Shown in pieces: positions 47,337 through 58,294 of a DNA stretch of 64,000 bases. The stretch's first letter is position 1. Each line of letters begins with the position of its first letter. Source of the DNA: Nitrospirota bacterium (GTDB lineage Bacteria; Nitrospirota; Thermodesulfovibrionia; Thermodesulfovibrionales; Dissulfurispiraceae). The DNA lies in assembly GCA_963710375.1 (NCBI GenBank), contig CAVPZX010000004.1, forward strand, positions 96,001 to 160,000, given 5' to 3'. The notes below the pieces were generated by a model. That model made no database searches. It was not told where the DNA came from and saw nothing but the letters and a program-made list of their open reading frames with translations. The translations under genes and the position numbers were made by a program.

Positions 47337-48089
47337 ATGTCAGGGCATTCCAAGTGGTCACAGATAAAACATAAAAAAGCTAATACCGATGCGAAGAGAG
47401 GCAAATCATTTACCAAGATCGTTAAAGAGATCTCGGTAGCTGCCAGGTCAGGAGGCGGCGACCCTGACGGGAATCCCCGTTTAAGGACCGCCATTGAAAA
47501 GGCCAAAGAAGTTAATATGCCTTCGGATAATATAAAAAAGGCCATAATGAAAGGCACTGGGGAATTGCCGGGCACGACTTATGAGGAAAACGTTTATGAA
47601 GGGTATGGACCTGGCGGTGCGGCACTTCTTATAGAAACCCTCTCGGACAACAAGAATAGGACGGTCTCTGAAATAAGGCATATCCTTTCAAAAAACGGGG
47701 GGAGTCTTGGCGAGGCTGGATGCGTTGCATGGATGTTTGAGAAAAAGGGATATATACTTGTCGAAAAATCCAAAGCGGATGAAGATACATTGATGTCGCT
47801 CGTTCTAGATGCCGGAGCCGAGGACATGGAAAACGACCCCAAGGAAGACAATTATGAGATCACGGTGTCAACTGAGAATCTCAATGCCTTAAAAGAGGCC
47901 CTTGTCAAGGGAGGCGTGCCGGTCCAAGTTGCGGAAATAACCATGCTCCCCAAGAGTTATGTCCCTCTTGAAGGCAGCACATCCGAGCAGATGGTCCGCT
48001 TGCTTGATGCCCTGGAAGATAATGATGATGTGCAAAATGTCTACAGCAATTTTGACATATCTGATGAAGCAGTCGGCAGCATAAAGTAA
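47337..48089 (+). CDS. yebC: YebC/PmpR family protein
   Basis: [24 protein letters not shown]. Confidence 0.95.
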   Translation: MSGHSKWSQIKHKKANTDAKRGKSFTKIVKEISVAARSGGGDPDGNPRLRTAIEKAKEVNMPSDNIKKAIMKGTGELPGTTYEENVYEGYGPGGAALLIETLSDNKNRTVSEIRHILSKNGGSLGEAGCVAWMFEKKGYILVEKSKADEDTLMSLVLDAGAEDMENDPKEDNYEITVSTENLNALKEALVKGGVPVQVAEITMLPKSYVPLEGSTSEQMVRLLDALEDNDDVQNVYSNFDISDEAVGSIK

Positions 48090-48104
48090 TGCATACTTAA
48101 AATT

Positions 48105-48767
48105 ATGGTCGAACCCATTCGAGTTACATTTAAAAGGAAGTTCCTGGCAGGTCTTATTGTCACCGTTCCTGTAGTTTTTACCGTCCTTGTCCTTGCCGGT
48201 CTTTTTAAGTTCGTCAACGGCATCCTGAGCCCACTTTTCGATTTTCTTCTGGGCATGCATATTGCCGGACTCGGCTTTATCACCGCTATAGGAATAGTGT
48301 TTCTCATCGGCATTATTTCCACAAATGTTTTCGGCAAGAAGCTCCTGGATCTCATGGAAAAGATTTTTTTGAACATTCCCGTTTTTAAAAGTATCTACAC
48401 AGCAATCAAGCAGCTGGTCGATGCATTTTCACCCGAAAATAACAGCGCATTCAAGCGATTCGTGATTGTCGAGTATCCGAGACCGGGTGTTTACGCCTTC
48501 GGCTTTATGACCAAGGAATGTGCGATACAGTCCGACGGCCGGAATCTTTGCTTGAAAGCCGTATACATTCCTACGAATAACCTTTACCTTGGTGACATCG
48601 TTCTTCTTGATGACCAGAGCATCATTTATACTGATATCCCGATAGAAGAGGGGATCAGGATTATTCTCTCAGGAGGCATTGCAGCGCCGTCATTAATAAC
48701 CGAATCACTGGATGCTTTGAAAAAGACCCCGGCTGATGACCTGGCTCATTCAGAGGGGGTACATTAA
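48105..48767 (+). CDS. DUF502 membrane protein
   Basis: FLAGL, IPVFKSIY..KQ, VEYPRPG, YIPT, ILSGG. Confidence 0.85.
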   Translation: MVEPIRVTFKRKFLAGLIVTVPVVFTVLVLAGLFKFVNGILSPLFDFLLGMHIAGLGFITAIGIVFLIGIISTNVFGKKLLDLMEKIFLNIPVFKSIYTAIKQLVDAFSPENNSAFKRFVIVEYPRPGVYAFGFMTKECAIQSDGRNLCLKAVYIPTNNLYLGDIVLLDDQSIIYTDIPIEEGIRIILSGGIAAPSLITESLDALKKTPADDLAHSEGVH

Positions 48768-48768
48768 G

Positions 48769-50148
48769 GTGGATCTGGCTGCGGTTGTCCTGTCGGCGGG
48801 CCTCGGCACACGCATGAAATCGGCTGTCCCCAAGGTCATCCATCCGCTCCTGGGAAAACCGATGGTGCAGTATGTAGTTGAAGCGCTTTCAGCACTGAAA
48901 CCAGGAAAGACCGTTGTTGTCACCGGCATGCGAGGTGACATGGTTCGTGATGCGTTGCGGAACTATCCTGTTTCCTTTGCTGTCCAGAAGGAACCTAAGG
49001 GCACCGCTGATGCCCTCAAATCGGCGGTCCAAAAACTGCGGGGTTTTAAAGGCACGTTGCTGGTGGTGAGCGGCGATACACCCCTTATTAAACCTGCAAC
49101 ACTAAAGGCATTTTTAAAACTCCACCGGAAAAACAGGGAGAACCTCTCTCTGATCTCTTTTATTGCAGGTGGCGCCCATTCCTATGGCAGGATCGTCAGA
49201 AAGGGCGATAAACTGAGCGCAATTGTAGAGGACAGCGATGCAGATGAGGAACAGAAAAAGATACGGGAAGTGAACAGCGGTATTTACGCAATTGAAGCTC
49301 CGCTGCTGAAGCTGCTGAATAAAATTCCGGTCAACGGGTCCAAAGGCGAATACTACCTTACTGATATTGTGGGCATGGCGGTTGGAACGGGATTCCGTGC
49401 CGGGGCTTTTCTTCTTGGGAATGAAAACGAATTAACCGGAATAAATACACGCGGGGACCTTTACAGGGCTGTGCAATATCTCAGAGATGAAATTGCAGCC
49501 GGATTCATGGAGCAGGGTGTCACGTTTATGGATAAGGCGTCTGTATTTGTACATCCCGAATCCGTTATAGGCAATGACACAGTTATTTATCCAAATGTGC
49601 ATATAGAGGGAAGGACAGCTATCGGCAACGGATGCATAGTGTATCCGAACTCCAGAATCATAAACAGCACAATCGGAAATAATGTAATCATCAAGGACTC
49701 TACGGTTATCGAATCTTCGGTAATTCATGAAGGCGCTTCAGTAGGACCGTTTGCTCATATCAGGCCGGGGTCGGTTATCGGTAAGCATGCCAGAATAGGA
49801 AACTTTGTCGAAGTTAAAAAATCTGTCATAGGCAGCGGCACAAAAGCATCGCATTTGAGTTACCTTGGTGATGCAGAGATCGGTGAGCGGGTGAATATAG
49901 GGGCCGGTACTATAACCTGCAATTATGACGGCAGGATAAAGTATAAGACCCTGATAGAAGACAACGCATTTATCGGAAGCGATACGCAGTTTGTTGCACC
50001 GGTCAGGATTGGGAAAGGCGCCTATGTGGGTGCCGGCTCTACCATTACCAAAGATGTCCCTCCCTTTGCCCTTGCTACCAGCAGAACAGCACAGGAGAAC
50101 ATTGAAAAATGGGCGCTCAAAAGGCAATCGAAACGGAGGAAAAGGTGA
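48769..50148 (+). CDS. glmU: Bifunctional UDP-GlcNAc pyrophosphorylase/acetyltransferase
   Basis: LSAGLGTRMKS, EYYLTD, GPFAHIRP, GNFVEVK, TCNYDG. Confidence 0.97.
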   Translation: MDLAAVVLSAGLGTRMKSAVPKVIHPLLGKPMVQYVVEALSALKPGKTVVVTGMRGDMVRDALRNYPVSFAVQKEPKGTADALKSAVQKLRGFKGTLLVVSGDTPLIKPATLKAFLKLHRKNRENLSLISFIAGGAHSYGRIVRKGDKLSAIVEDSDADEEQKKIREVNSGIYAIEAPLLKLLNKIPVNGSKGEYYLTDIVGMAVGTGFRAGAFLLGNENELTGINTRGDLYRAVQYLRDEIAAGFMEQGVTFMDKASVFVHPESVIGNDTVIYPNVHIEGRTAIGNGCIVYPNSRIINSTIGNNVIIKDSTVIESSVIHEGASVGPFAHIRPGSVIGKHARIGNFVEVKKSVIGSGTKASHLSYLGDAEIGERVNIGAGTITCNYDGRIKYKTLIEDNAFIGSDTQFVAPVRIGKGAYVGAGSTITKDVPPFALATSRTAQENIEKWALKRQSKRRKR

Positions 50149-50154
50149 ACATCA

Positions 50155-50240
50155 GAATCGGTGAATCGGTGAATCGGCGAAACGGTGAAAGGGAGCCAAA
50201 GACTTCTCCCCCATTCTCCGATTCTCCGATTCTCCGTTTC
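50155..50240. repeat. Inverted degenerate octamer arrays
   Basis: (GAATCGGT)n then (ATTCTCCG)n. Confidence 0.7.
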
Positions 50241-50251
50241 GGGGTTTTTAT

Positions 50252-52078
50252 ATGTGCGGGATAATCGGATACATCGGGGGCAGGAATGCTATTTCCATCG
50301 TGATGGATGGATTGAAGCGGCTCGAATACAGGGGATACGATTCCGCGGGAATCGCCTTTCTTGAGGATAATAAAGTATCCGTCAGGAGATGCAAAGGAAA
50401 GCTCAGCGCGCTTGAGGCAATTACATGCACCCTCACGAAACCGAGCAATCTTGCTATAGGACACACGAGATGGGCCACGCACGGCAAACCTTCCGATGAA
50501 AATGCCCACCCCCACAGGTCTGACGGTATAGTTGTTGTTCATAACGGCATAATCGAAAACTATGTGGAACTTAAACATGCGCTTCAGGCGGAAGGTTTTA
50601 CTTTTACCTCTGAAACCGACACCGAGGTGCTCTGCCATCTCATTAATAAACATGCGGCCAGGGCCCCTCTTGAAGAGGCGGTCAGGAGAGCGATCAGGGA
50701 AGTAACCGGCGCCTATGCATTTGCTGTGATCAGTGAAAAGGAACCTGATAAAATTATCGCTGTAAGGAAAGAAAGTCCTCTTGTGATCGGATTGGGTGAC
50801 GGAGAATACTTTCTTGCCTCTGATGTCCCGGCATTCCTGAACCATTCCAAAGAGGTGATCTTCCTTGATAATAATGAAATAGCGATACTCCATAAAGACG
50901 GGGTCATAGTAACCGATTTTGACGGAAGGCCCCTGCACAAAAATGTTTCCTTCATATCATGGAGTCCTTCGATGGCTGAAAAAGGAGGGTACCGCCACTT
51001 CATGCTCAAGGAAATTTACGAGCAGCCCAGGTCGATAGCCGATACCTTACAGGGAAGGATATTCCCGGACAGAGGAGAGGTGGCGCTTGAGGAGTTCGGG
51101 CTTACGCACGGGGTCATCAAAGGGATCGACAGTATATTCATTGTCGCATGCGGGACATCTTACCATTCAGCGCTGGTGGGCAAGTACATGATCGAAGAAC
51201 TTTCCAGGATTCCGGTTGAAGTCAACATCGCCTCCGAATTCCGGTACAGGAATCCCATTGTCACCGGAAATACATTATTTGTAGGAATCACGCAGTCTGG
51301 TGAGACCGCTGACACCCTTGCTGCCTCAAGGGAAGCAAAAAGGCTTGGAGCGAAAGTATTGAGCATCTGCAATGTTATCGGCAGCACGGCCTCCCGCGAA
51401 TCGGATTTTGTGTTCTATACGCATTCAGGGCCGGAGATCGGCGTGGCTTCGACCAAGGCATTCACCGCGCAGATAGTAGCGCTTTATCTGCTGGCGATTG
51501 CCCTGGGCAGGGTCAGGGGCACTCTGGAGAAGAGCGCGGCCTCAAAGCTGCTTGGGGACCTTCTTCACCTGCCTGTGCAAGTCGAGCACACGCTGGAGCT
51601 TGATGCCTCCATAAGCTCTCTCGCCAGGGAGCTTTTCAAAAAAAAGGAGTTCCTGTATCTCGGCAGGGGAATAAACTATCCGATCGCTCTTGAAGGCGCG
51701 TTGAAGCTGAAAGAGATATCATATATCCATGCTGAAGGTTATGCTGCCGGCGAGATGAAGCATGGCCCTATAGCCCTTATTGATGAGGACCTTCCAGTGG
51801 TCGTGCTGGCGCCCTCGGGTAAGCTCTATGAAAAGGTCACATCGAACATGGAAGAGGTAAAAAGCAGGGGGGGCACCATTATCGCAGTTGCCTCGGCTGA
51901 TAATGACACGATAAGAAGACTCGCAAAATACACAATCTTTATTGAAGAAAGCAACTCCTATTTGAACACGATTTTTTTGACGGTCCCTCTGCAGCTGCTC
52001 GCTTATCATATTGCGGTATTAAGAGGATGCGATGTGGACCAGCCAAGGAACCTTGCGAAAAGCGTAACCGTTGAATAA
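50252..52078 (+). CDS. glmS: Glutamine-fructose-6-phosphate transaminase
   Basis: MCGIIG, GHTRWATHG, SGETADT, PRNLAKSVTVE. Confidence 0.98.
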   Translation: MCGIIGYIGGRNAISIVMDGLKRLEYRGYDSAGIAFLEDNKVSVRRCKGKLSALEAITCTLTKPSNLAIGHTRWATHGKPSDENAHPHRSDGIVVVHNGIIENYVELKHALQAEGFTFTSETDTEVLCHLINKHAARAPLEEAVRRAIREVTGAYAFAVISEKEPDKIIAVRKESPLVIGLGDGEYFLASDVPAFLNHSKEVIFLDNNEIAILHKDGVIVTDFDGRPLHKNVSFISWSPSMAEKGGYRHFMLKEIYEQPRSIADTLQGRIFPDRGEVALEEFGLTHGVIKGIDSIFIVACGTSYHSALVGKYMIEELSRIPVEVNIASEFRYRNPIVTGNTLFVGITQSGETADTLAASREAKRLGAKVLSICNVIGSTASRESDFVFYTHSGPEIGVASTKAFTAQIVALYLLAIALGRVRGTLEKSAASKLLGDLLHLPVQVEHTLELDASISSLARELFKKKEFLYLGRGINYPIALEGALKLKEISYIHAEGYAAGEMKHGPIALIDEDLPVVVLAPSGKLYEKVTSNMEEVKSRGGTIIAVASADNDTIRRLAKYTIFIEESNSYLNTIFLTVPLQLLAYHIAVLRGCDVDQPRNLAKSVTVE

Positions 52079-52132
52079 CGGGCAATGGATGATTATGGCC
52101 TGCGAGTATGGTATAATAAAGGAAGTATTCTT

Positions 52133-54256
52133 ATGGCTAAAGACGTCTTATTTTTAGAAGAGCTTAATCCCCAGCAAAAAGAGGCTATCCTGTATTCAAA
52201 TGGCCCGCTCCTTGTACTTGCAGGAGCAGGCAGCGGAAAGACCAGGGTAATCACATATAAATTTACCCATCTGATCAAAAAGAAAAAGCTTTCCCCTGTC
52301 TCAATTTTTACCGTCACTTTTACCAACAAGGCAGCCGACGAGATGAAAGAGAGAATCTTGCGGTGTGTAGAATACGATGTCAAAAACGCATGGATAGGCA
52401 CGTTTCATTCCCAGTGCAATAAAATATTGCGGAAAGAAATAAAGGCACTGGGCTACAAGCCTGATTTTACCATTTACGATGAAGATGACCAGTGCAATCT
52501 TATTCGCCATATCCTTAAAGAGTTCAATATCTACGAGGCACTTTATAAAGGGGTTTCTTCAAGGATAAGCATTCTTAAGTCATCGCTGATATCTCCTGAA
52601 GAGTTTTTATCTCAGGGAGACGGGTTCAGTTTTGACGAAAAGCTCGGGAGGGTTTACCTTAAATACCAGGATGAGTTGAAACGGTGCAACGCCCTCGATT
52701 TCGACGACCTGATCATGCTTACCGCCAAATTGTTTGAGCAGCACCCTAAAATCCTCGAAAAGTATACTGATATGTTTCCTTACATCCTTGTGGACGAATT
52801 TCAGGACACCAACCATGCGCAGTACAGGCTGCTTCAGCTAATGGGGTCGTCACACCGGAACATCTGCGCTGTGGGAGACGATGACCAGAGCATTTACAAG
52901 TTCAGGGGGGCCGATGTGGGCAATATCCTGAACTTCGAAAAAGATTTTCCCGGTACGCAGGTTATAAAGCTCGAACAGAATTACCGGTCAACCCAGAACA
53001 TCCTTGATGTTTCAGGCTCGGTGATCGCAAAAAACAAAAACAGAAAGCTGAAAAGCCTGTGGACGGACAAAGGGGATGGAGAAAAAGTAATCTATTGCAG
53101 GCTAAATACCGAGGATGAAGAGGCGAAATATGTTGCGAGGACTATAAAAGACCTCTACCTGAAAAACAGCTACGACTACGGCAGTTTCGCAGTCCTCTAC
53201 AGGGTGAATCTCCAGGCGAGGGCGATCGAAGACGCTCTCAGGGAGGAATCCATCCCTTATAACGTGCTCAGCGGCATAAGTTTTTATCACAGGCGCGAGA
53301 TAAAAGACCTCATTTCCTATATGAAGCTTGTCCTGAACCACGATGACAATGTAAGCCTGCGACGCATTATCAACAGCCCTCCGAGAAATATAGGGGCTGC
53401 TACTCTGTCAAAAATAGAGCAGGAAGCTAAGAAGAACGGTGTCGGACTGCTGTCTGCGGCGCAGACAATGCTCAAGGCAAATGTGCTGACCGCGTCTGTC
53501 AAAGAAAAAATGTCTGAATTTATTAAAACCATCGGTCATTTGTCAACTGCAAGTTACAAGACTGCTGCTGATATGCTTAAAGATATTGTCGAGTTGACGG
53601 GATATATTGAAGATATTGAGGAAGAGCGCCTTCAGAATATCATGGAACTGATCTCCTCTGCCGAAGCAATATCGGCTAAGGATTTCGTCGAAAAGACCTC
53701 GCTGGCACATACGACATGCGGCAACGGCGTGACGGCAGCAAAGTCTGCTGTTTCGCTAATGACGTTGCACAGCGCAAAGGGTCTGGAATTTCCGGTGGTA
53801 TTCATTGTCGGCATCGAAGAAGGCATTCTCCCTTATTTCAAAGCCATAGGTGACGAAGCCGAAATGCATGAGGAGCGAAGGCTTTTCTATGTAGGCATGA
53901 CAAGGGCCAAAGACATTCTCTTCCTGAACGGGGTCAAGAAAAGAAAGATGTATTCAAAGATACAGGACCAGGAACCTTCTAGGTTCCTTAGCGATATCCC
54001 GAAGGATTGCTGTCACTGGGTGGAAAAAACAGTTGTTCCTCAGAGGGCCTCACTGCAGCCAAAGACGGTCAGACTCTCTCCACAGAGGGCGGCGCTGGCG
54101 TATCTGGTTGGAAGCAAGGTAAAACATCCTGCATGGGGGATCGGCATTGTGCGCGATTGCTGCGGTGATGGCGATGACCTGAAAGTGACGGTAAATTTCT
54201 CGAGTGTCGGATTGAAACGGCTTGCTGTCCGGCATGTACAACTAGAAAAAATGTAG
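52133..54256 (+). CDS. pcrA: UvrD/PcrA ATP-dependent DNA helicase
   Basis: AGAGSGKT, DEFQD, QNYRS, HSAKGLEF, EERRLFYVGMTRA, C-terminal Tudor-like domain. Confidence 0.93.
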   Translation: MAKDVLFLEELNPQQKEAILYSNGPLLVLAGAGSGKTRVITYKFTHLIKKKKLSPVSIFTVTFTNKAADEMKERILRCVEYDVKNAWIGTFHSQCNKILRKEIKALGYKPDFTIYDEDDQCNLIRHILKEFNIYEALYKGVSSRISILKSSLISPEEFLSQGDGFSFDEKLGRVYLKYQDELKRCNALDFDDLIMLTAKLFEQHPKILEKYTDMFPYILVDEFQDTNHAQYRLLQLMGSSHRNICAVGDDDQSIYKFRGADVGNILNFEKDFPGTQVIKLEQNYRSTQNILDVSGSVIAKNKNRKLKSLWTDKGDGEKVIYCRLNTEDEEAKYVARTIKDLYLKNSYDYGSFAVLYRVNLQARAIEDALREESIPYNVLSGISFYHRREIKDLISYMKLVLNHDDNVSLRRIINSPPRNIGAATLSKIEQEAKKNGVGLLSAAQTMLKANVLTASVKEKMSEFIKTIGHLSTASYKTAADMLKDIVELTGYIEDIEEERLQNIMELISSAEAISAKDFVEKTSLAHTTCGNGVTAAKSAVSLMTLHSAKGLEFPVVFIVGIEEGILPYFKAIGDEAEMHEERRLFYVGMTRAKDILFLNGVKKRKMYSKIQDQEPSRFLSDIPKDCCHWVEKTVVPQRASLQPKTVRLSPQRAALAYLVGSKVKHPAWGIGIVRDCCGDGDDLKVTVNFSSVGLKRLAVRHVQLEKM

Positions 54257-54259
54257 ATA

Positions 54260-54547
54260 ATGAATATAACTGAAGATGAAGTAAAGCACATTGTAAAGCT
54301 CGCGAGGCTCTCTCTCTCTGAAGATGAATTGTCGATGTACCGTGGACAACTGAACGCGATTATCGGGTATGTTGAACAATTAAATACGCTCGACACTGCC
54401 GGTATTGAACCTACCTCGCATATACTGCCTATCACTAATGTTATGAGAGAGGATGTGCATATACCGTCGCTGTCAAACGACGAGGCATTAAAGAACGCTC
54501 CTGACCCTTCGGATAAATTTTACAGGGTCCCGAAAATAATAGAATAA
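54260..54547 (+). CDS. gatC: Asp/Glu-tRNA amidotransferase subunit C
   Basis: HIVKLARL, EPTSH, MRED, NAP..YRVPKI. Confidence 0.95.
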   Translation: MNITEDEVKHIVKLARLSLSEDELSMYRGQLNAIIGYVEQLNTLDTAGIEPTSHILPITNVMREDVHIPSLSNDEALKNAPDPSDKFYRVPKIIE

Positions 54548-54685
54548 AGGCAGGCGATAGGTAATAGGCTATGGGCTATAGGTCAAAACTAAAAGAAGAA
54601 AATATTTTTCATTGGTGCGTGTATTACAATAAAGTTTTTTCTGGTTTTAAGACCTATTGCCTATTGCCTATTGCCTATCGCCTAT
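54548..54685. repeat. Inverted degenerate heptamer arrays
   Basis: GGCGATA/GGCTATG units, then (CCTATTG)x3 CCTATCG; same unit type as 4365-4500. Confidence 0.72.
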
Positions 54686-54694
54686 GGTTTGACT

Positions 54695-55042
54695 ATGCTT
54701 AGATGTTTTCTAAAATCAAAAATACATATGGCAACGGTGACTGAATCAAACCTCGCCTATGAAGGGAGCATTACCGTGGACAGGGAGATTATGGACCTTG
54801 CCGGAATTCTTCCTTACGAGCAGGTCATGATAAGCAATCTGAACAACGGTGAGAGGTTTGAAACATATATGATACCCGGCAGGCCCGGCTCCCGTGAATT
54901 CTGCCTTAACGGTCCGACTGCACGCAAGGGAATTGTTGGCGATAAGATTATCATTTTCTCTTACTGTTACCTTGGAGAACAGGAAATAAAAGGGTTCTCA
55001 CCCGTCATTGTCAAGCTTAACGGTAACAACAACCCCATCTGA
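54695..55042 (+). CDS. panD: Aspartate 1-decarboxylase
   Basis: KSKIH, YEGSIT cleavage site, NGERFETY, LNGP. Confidence 0.95.
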   Translation: MLRCFLKSKIHMATVTESNLAYEGSITVDREIMDLAGILPYEQVMISNLNNGERFETYMIPGRPGSREFCLNGPTARKGIVGDKIIIFSYCYLGEQEIKGFSPVIVKLNGNNNPI

Positions 55043-55060
55043 TCAGAGCCGGTACATCAT

Positions 55061-55097
55061 AAAAAAAGGGAGAGAGCAAATCTGCTCTCTCCCTTTT
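55061..55097. terminator. Bidirectional intrinsic terminator
   Basis: A-run, GGGAGAGAGCA-loop-TGCTCTCTCCC, T-run between convergent genes. Confidence 0.85.
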
Positions 55098-55125
55098 GCC
55101 TTTGTAAGGGCAACGTCCCCTTGAC

Positions 55126-57294
55126 TTAAAACTTATATGCTGCTGTTAGAAACACAACGGTTGAACTATAAGAGGGGTTTGCGTAAGCGCCTGACAGGTA
55201 CATGGCGGTAGTGGAGTTGTAGTATTGATAATTAGGGTTCTCCAGACCGTAGTCCATGTACTTATACTGCTGGAACGAGGCTCCTACTGCCATCGAGAAA
55301 GTTTTCGATATAACGTCTGTTATCTTGAACGTAAAGGCGCTCTTATGGTAGGAGTCAACCTCGTCGTCCATGTTAGGATTGCCGATTGGGCCTGTGGCTG
55401 AGTTTGAGTTGGAGTTCACGCCGCCACTAAACCCTCCGCCATGAGCTGTGGTCCCAACCACGCCTGGGTAAAAGAAGGTGAAATCATCGTCGCCGCTGGA
55501 ATTAACATAATCATACTCCAGCCTGACAGTTAACTTTTTCGGCAATACATAGAAATCAACCCCTGCCCCATACTCGTAAGTATTATCCTTTGTCATCAGG
55601 TTCCAGACGTATTGAACATTACTCGTGCTGGCAACGGTAGTCGGGGTCAACGGGTATACGTAATCTAACAGATTTTCCGTGATATTTTGGAGATCAAAAT
55701 AGGCGTTGAATCTTGCAAAAGTTCCGATCATGTAATCGCCATAAGCTTCGAACTCATTAGTCGTGATATTTTGAACGCCGAGAGCGTCATCAGGATAATC
55801 GGACTTCTTGTATTTGTACATAACTCCGAAATTCAGGTTGTCGAAAGGAGCGGTATCCAAAGCAGCCTTGTATGTGTTCCTCGTCTGCTTTGCTCCATCA
55901 AAATTTGTAAAAAACGCGGGGTTAGCTGTTGAAATGCTGCCGGATAAGGCATATGGAGTTCCATAAGAAGCCAACCTCTCCAACCGCTCGTAGCCTATTT
56001 TCGGCGTCATCCAATCAAGCCCTGTCCATCTAAGCTCGGTTGAGTATACGTTGTCTTTTGTAGTAGGGATGTCCGGCCTGTTTTCTCTGTCAGTATCGAG
56101 ATAGCTGTATCCAATGTCCAAATGAAATTGCTCAGGCAGTTTGAATCCGAGGCTGGCGCCGTAATTGTTCTTTTTGTATGAAAATAACGGGACCTGAAAA
56201 GCCGACGACCCGCTCCCCTGGGTTACATTATCCGATTTGTTCTCAGAGTCATAGTACTGGTAAAAAAGTTTGGTGTTAAGGAACGAGATCGGATTGGAGG
56301 TGAGCGAAAAAGAGTAATTCTGGATCTCCTTACGCCCGGTAAAGTTGGTTTCGCTCAAAAAACCCGTAGTCGAGGTGATAAGCGGGCTAAAGTCAAATGA
56401 AGACTTCTGGTGTGAGTTGGCGAGACTCACCATGAACCTGCTGTTCATCGGAAGCATCAGCGAACCCTTGAACCCGAGTTTGTAAACGCTGCTGTCCGGC
56501 GGCTGTGTCATTAGCTGCGCAGCCGATCCTGTAGGGCTCGCGATGCTAAGGATCTGATTCTGATTGGTGAAATCGCTGTAGGTGAAATTGAGTGCGGCAA
56601 ACAGCGGCTTAGCCTGGTAGCCTATCTCACCAGAGTAAATATCGGTCTCGTAGTCGACAGGCGCCGGGATTTCCATGTTGCCGGTGTTACCGTTGCTGTA
56701 AGGTGTAAGGCCGGTTCTGTCCTCCCTGAACATACTGAAATTAACATAAAAGGGTTTCGGCATTTCGAGGTTAAACGAGCCGCCGTACTGGTTTCGCGAT
56801 ATAGAGTAATTGAAGTTGTTCCATGCGGCCGGATTCTTAGACGCCGGGTTCGCAGAGGTCCACGGGGTGCCGGTGCCGTTGAAAAGGGTGTTACTCCCGG
56901 CGCCTGATAAAGGAGTCAATGCACCGAAAGTGATATTATGGATTATCTGGTTGTAGAAAAGCTCGTAGGAGAATCGCCCATACATCCCTCCGTCCAGGGT
57001 ATAGTTTTGCGTTTTGTAGCCTATATCCGTGGCACTGAATTTCAGCCAATAGTTGTCACTGTCATAGCCCAGCTTGATATGGCCGTAAAATCCGCCGCCC
57101 TTTGTCATGTCCTGGTATTCGCTGAATTTGGCCGTGCTGCCGCTCACGTTATCAACTACGGCAGTCGCTCCTACATCGCCTTCAAATGTCCCCTGATTCG
57201 ATGCCGTCTGATTCGATGTCCCCTCATCTGAAAATGCACTGACAAATGATAGGAGGACTAATGCTATAGCTAAAATTATTATTCTTAGTTTCAT
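55126..57294 (-). CDS. MtrB/PioB-family outer-membrane beta-barrel
   Basis: Signal peptide, KFSEY, APVDYET, PPDS motifs, aromatic beta strands, terminal YKF; downstream of decaheme. Confidence 0.85.
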   Translation of the reverse strand: MKLRIIILAIALVLLSFVSAFSDEGTSNQTASNQGTFEGDVGATAVVDNVSGSTAKFSEYQDMTKGGGFYGHIKLGYDSDNYWLKFSATDIGYKTQNYTLDGGMYGRFSYELFYNQIIHNITFGALTPLSGAGSNTLFNGTGTPWTSANPASKNPAAWNNFNYSISRNQYGGSFNLEMPKPFYVNFSMFREDRTGLTPYSNGNTGNMEIPAPVDYETDIYSGEIGYQAKPLFAALNFTYSDFTNQNQILSIASPTGSAAQLMTQPPDSSVYKLGFKGSLMLPMNSRFMVSLANSHQKSSFDFSPLITSTTGFLSETNFTGRKEIQNYSFSLTSNPISFLNTKLFYQYYDSENKSDNVTQGSGSSAFQVPLFSYKKNNYGASLGFKLPEQFHLDIGYSYLDTDRENRPDIPTTKDNVYSTELRWTGLDWMTPKIGYERLERLASYGTPYALSGSISTANPAFFTNFDGAKQTRNTYKAALDTAPFDNLNFGVMYKYKKSDYPDDALGVQNITTNEFEAYGDYMIGTFARFNAYFDLQNITENLLDYVYPLTPTTVASTSNVQYVWNLMTKDNTYEYGAGVDFYVLPKKLTVRLEYDYVNSSGDDDFTFFYPGVVGTTAHGGGFSGGVNSNSNSATGPIGNPNMDDEVDSYHKSAFTFKITDVISKTFSMAVGASFQQYKYMDYGLENPNYQYYNSTTAMYLSGAYANPSYSSTVVFLTAAYKF

Positions 57295-57306
57295 TATTAT
57301 TTCCTC

Positions 57307-58242
57307 CTATTCCCTGAAATAGCAGCCATTTGCCGGTTTTAGCCCATTGCTGCCATGAATGGCTGGATGACAGTTCAGGCAGGCTCGACCAACCATATGG
57401 CTTGAAGGCAGCACAACACCAGGCGCATTTGTCGAGAAGATGGTAAATGGTTGTCCCCCCATACTACCCCCCGTTTCATGGCATTGCTCGCATAACACCG
57501 GCACTCTCTGAATCAGCAATCTGTCGTGATTGCTCCCGTGAGGGTTATGGCAATTGAGGCAATTCTCCTCGACCGGAGGATGCTCGTTAAGATACGGGCC
57601 TCTTTTTTCCGCGTGGCATTTATAACAGAGTTCGTTGACAGAATCGGCTTTCAGCATTTTGTCGGCAAGCTCCCCGTGAGGGTTATGGCAGTCAACGCAT
57701 GCTACTTTGTCTTCCCTGATAGGATGGTGGGACTGCTTGCGAGTCATGGCCTGTATGTCCTTGTGGCACTGAAAGCAGACTTCGGATCTGCCCGCTTTCA
57801 GGAAATTCTTCGTTCCTGTATGAGGAGAATGGCAATTGTCGCAGGAAACACCCTCGATGTTGTGCTTGCTCTGACTCCAGAACGCGGCAGTCTTTGTTTC
57901 ATCATGGCAGGCAAGGCATTTTGCGGCTTTGGCCTTAGGGTCAACGTTCTTGTTAAAAGCAAATATTTCAACGCCTCTACCGCCGCCTTTTTCCACGTGT
58001 TTAGCACCGGGACCATGGCAGGTCTCGCAGGCATCCGCGCTTCCCGGCCCCTTCACATGCTTCTTTGCATGAACAGACTTTGCATACGTTGCATACTGAG
58101 TTTCGTGACAGCCCTGACAGGTCTCAGCGCCGACATACCCTTCTTTTATCCCAACCGTCTGCTCGCTGCCCCAGGACAGGGAAACAGAGGCCAACAAAAA
58201 GAAAAGGGGAATAAAAAGAGAAACTAAATGTTTCTTCTGCAT
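57307..58242 (-). CDS. DmsE/MtrA(Shewanella)-family periplasmic decaheme cytochrome c
   Basis: 10 CxxCH, YVGAETC, CHAEKRGP..EHPPV, IHGSN. Confidence 0.93.
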   Translation of the reverse strand: MQKKHLVSLFIPLFFLLASVSLSWGSEQTVGIKEGYVGAETCQGCHETQYATYAKSVHAKKHVKGPGSADACETCHGPGAKHVEKGGGRGVEIFAFNKNVDPKAKAAKCLACHDETKTAAFWSQSKHNIEGVSCDNCHSPHTGTKNFLKAGRSEVCFQCHKDIQAMTRKQSHHPIREDKVACVDCHNPHGELADKMLKADSVNELCYKCHAEKRGPYLNEHPPVEENCLNCHNPHGSNHDRLLIQRVPVLCEQCHETGGSMGGQPFTIFSTNAPGVVLPSSHMVGRACLNCHPAIHGSNGLKPANGCYFRE

Positions 58243-58294
58243 ACCTTACCTCCATAGCAATTATTTCCTGTTGAAAAACCGCATACCGAAAACC

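Noticed and set aside
50149..50251. glmS ribozyme upstream of glmS
   Set aside because: Gap is ~100 bp of octamer repeats; no ribozyme core recognisable
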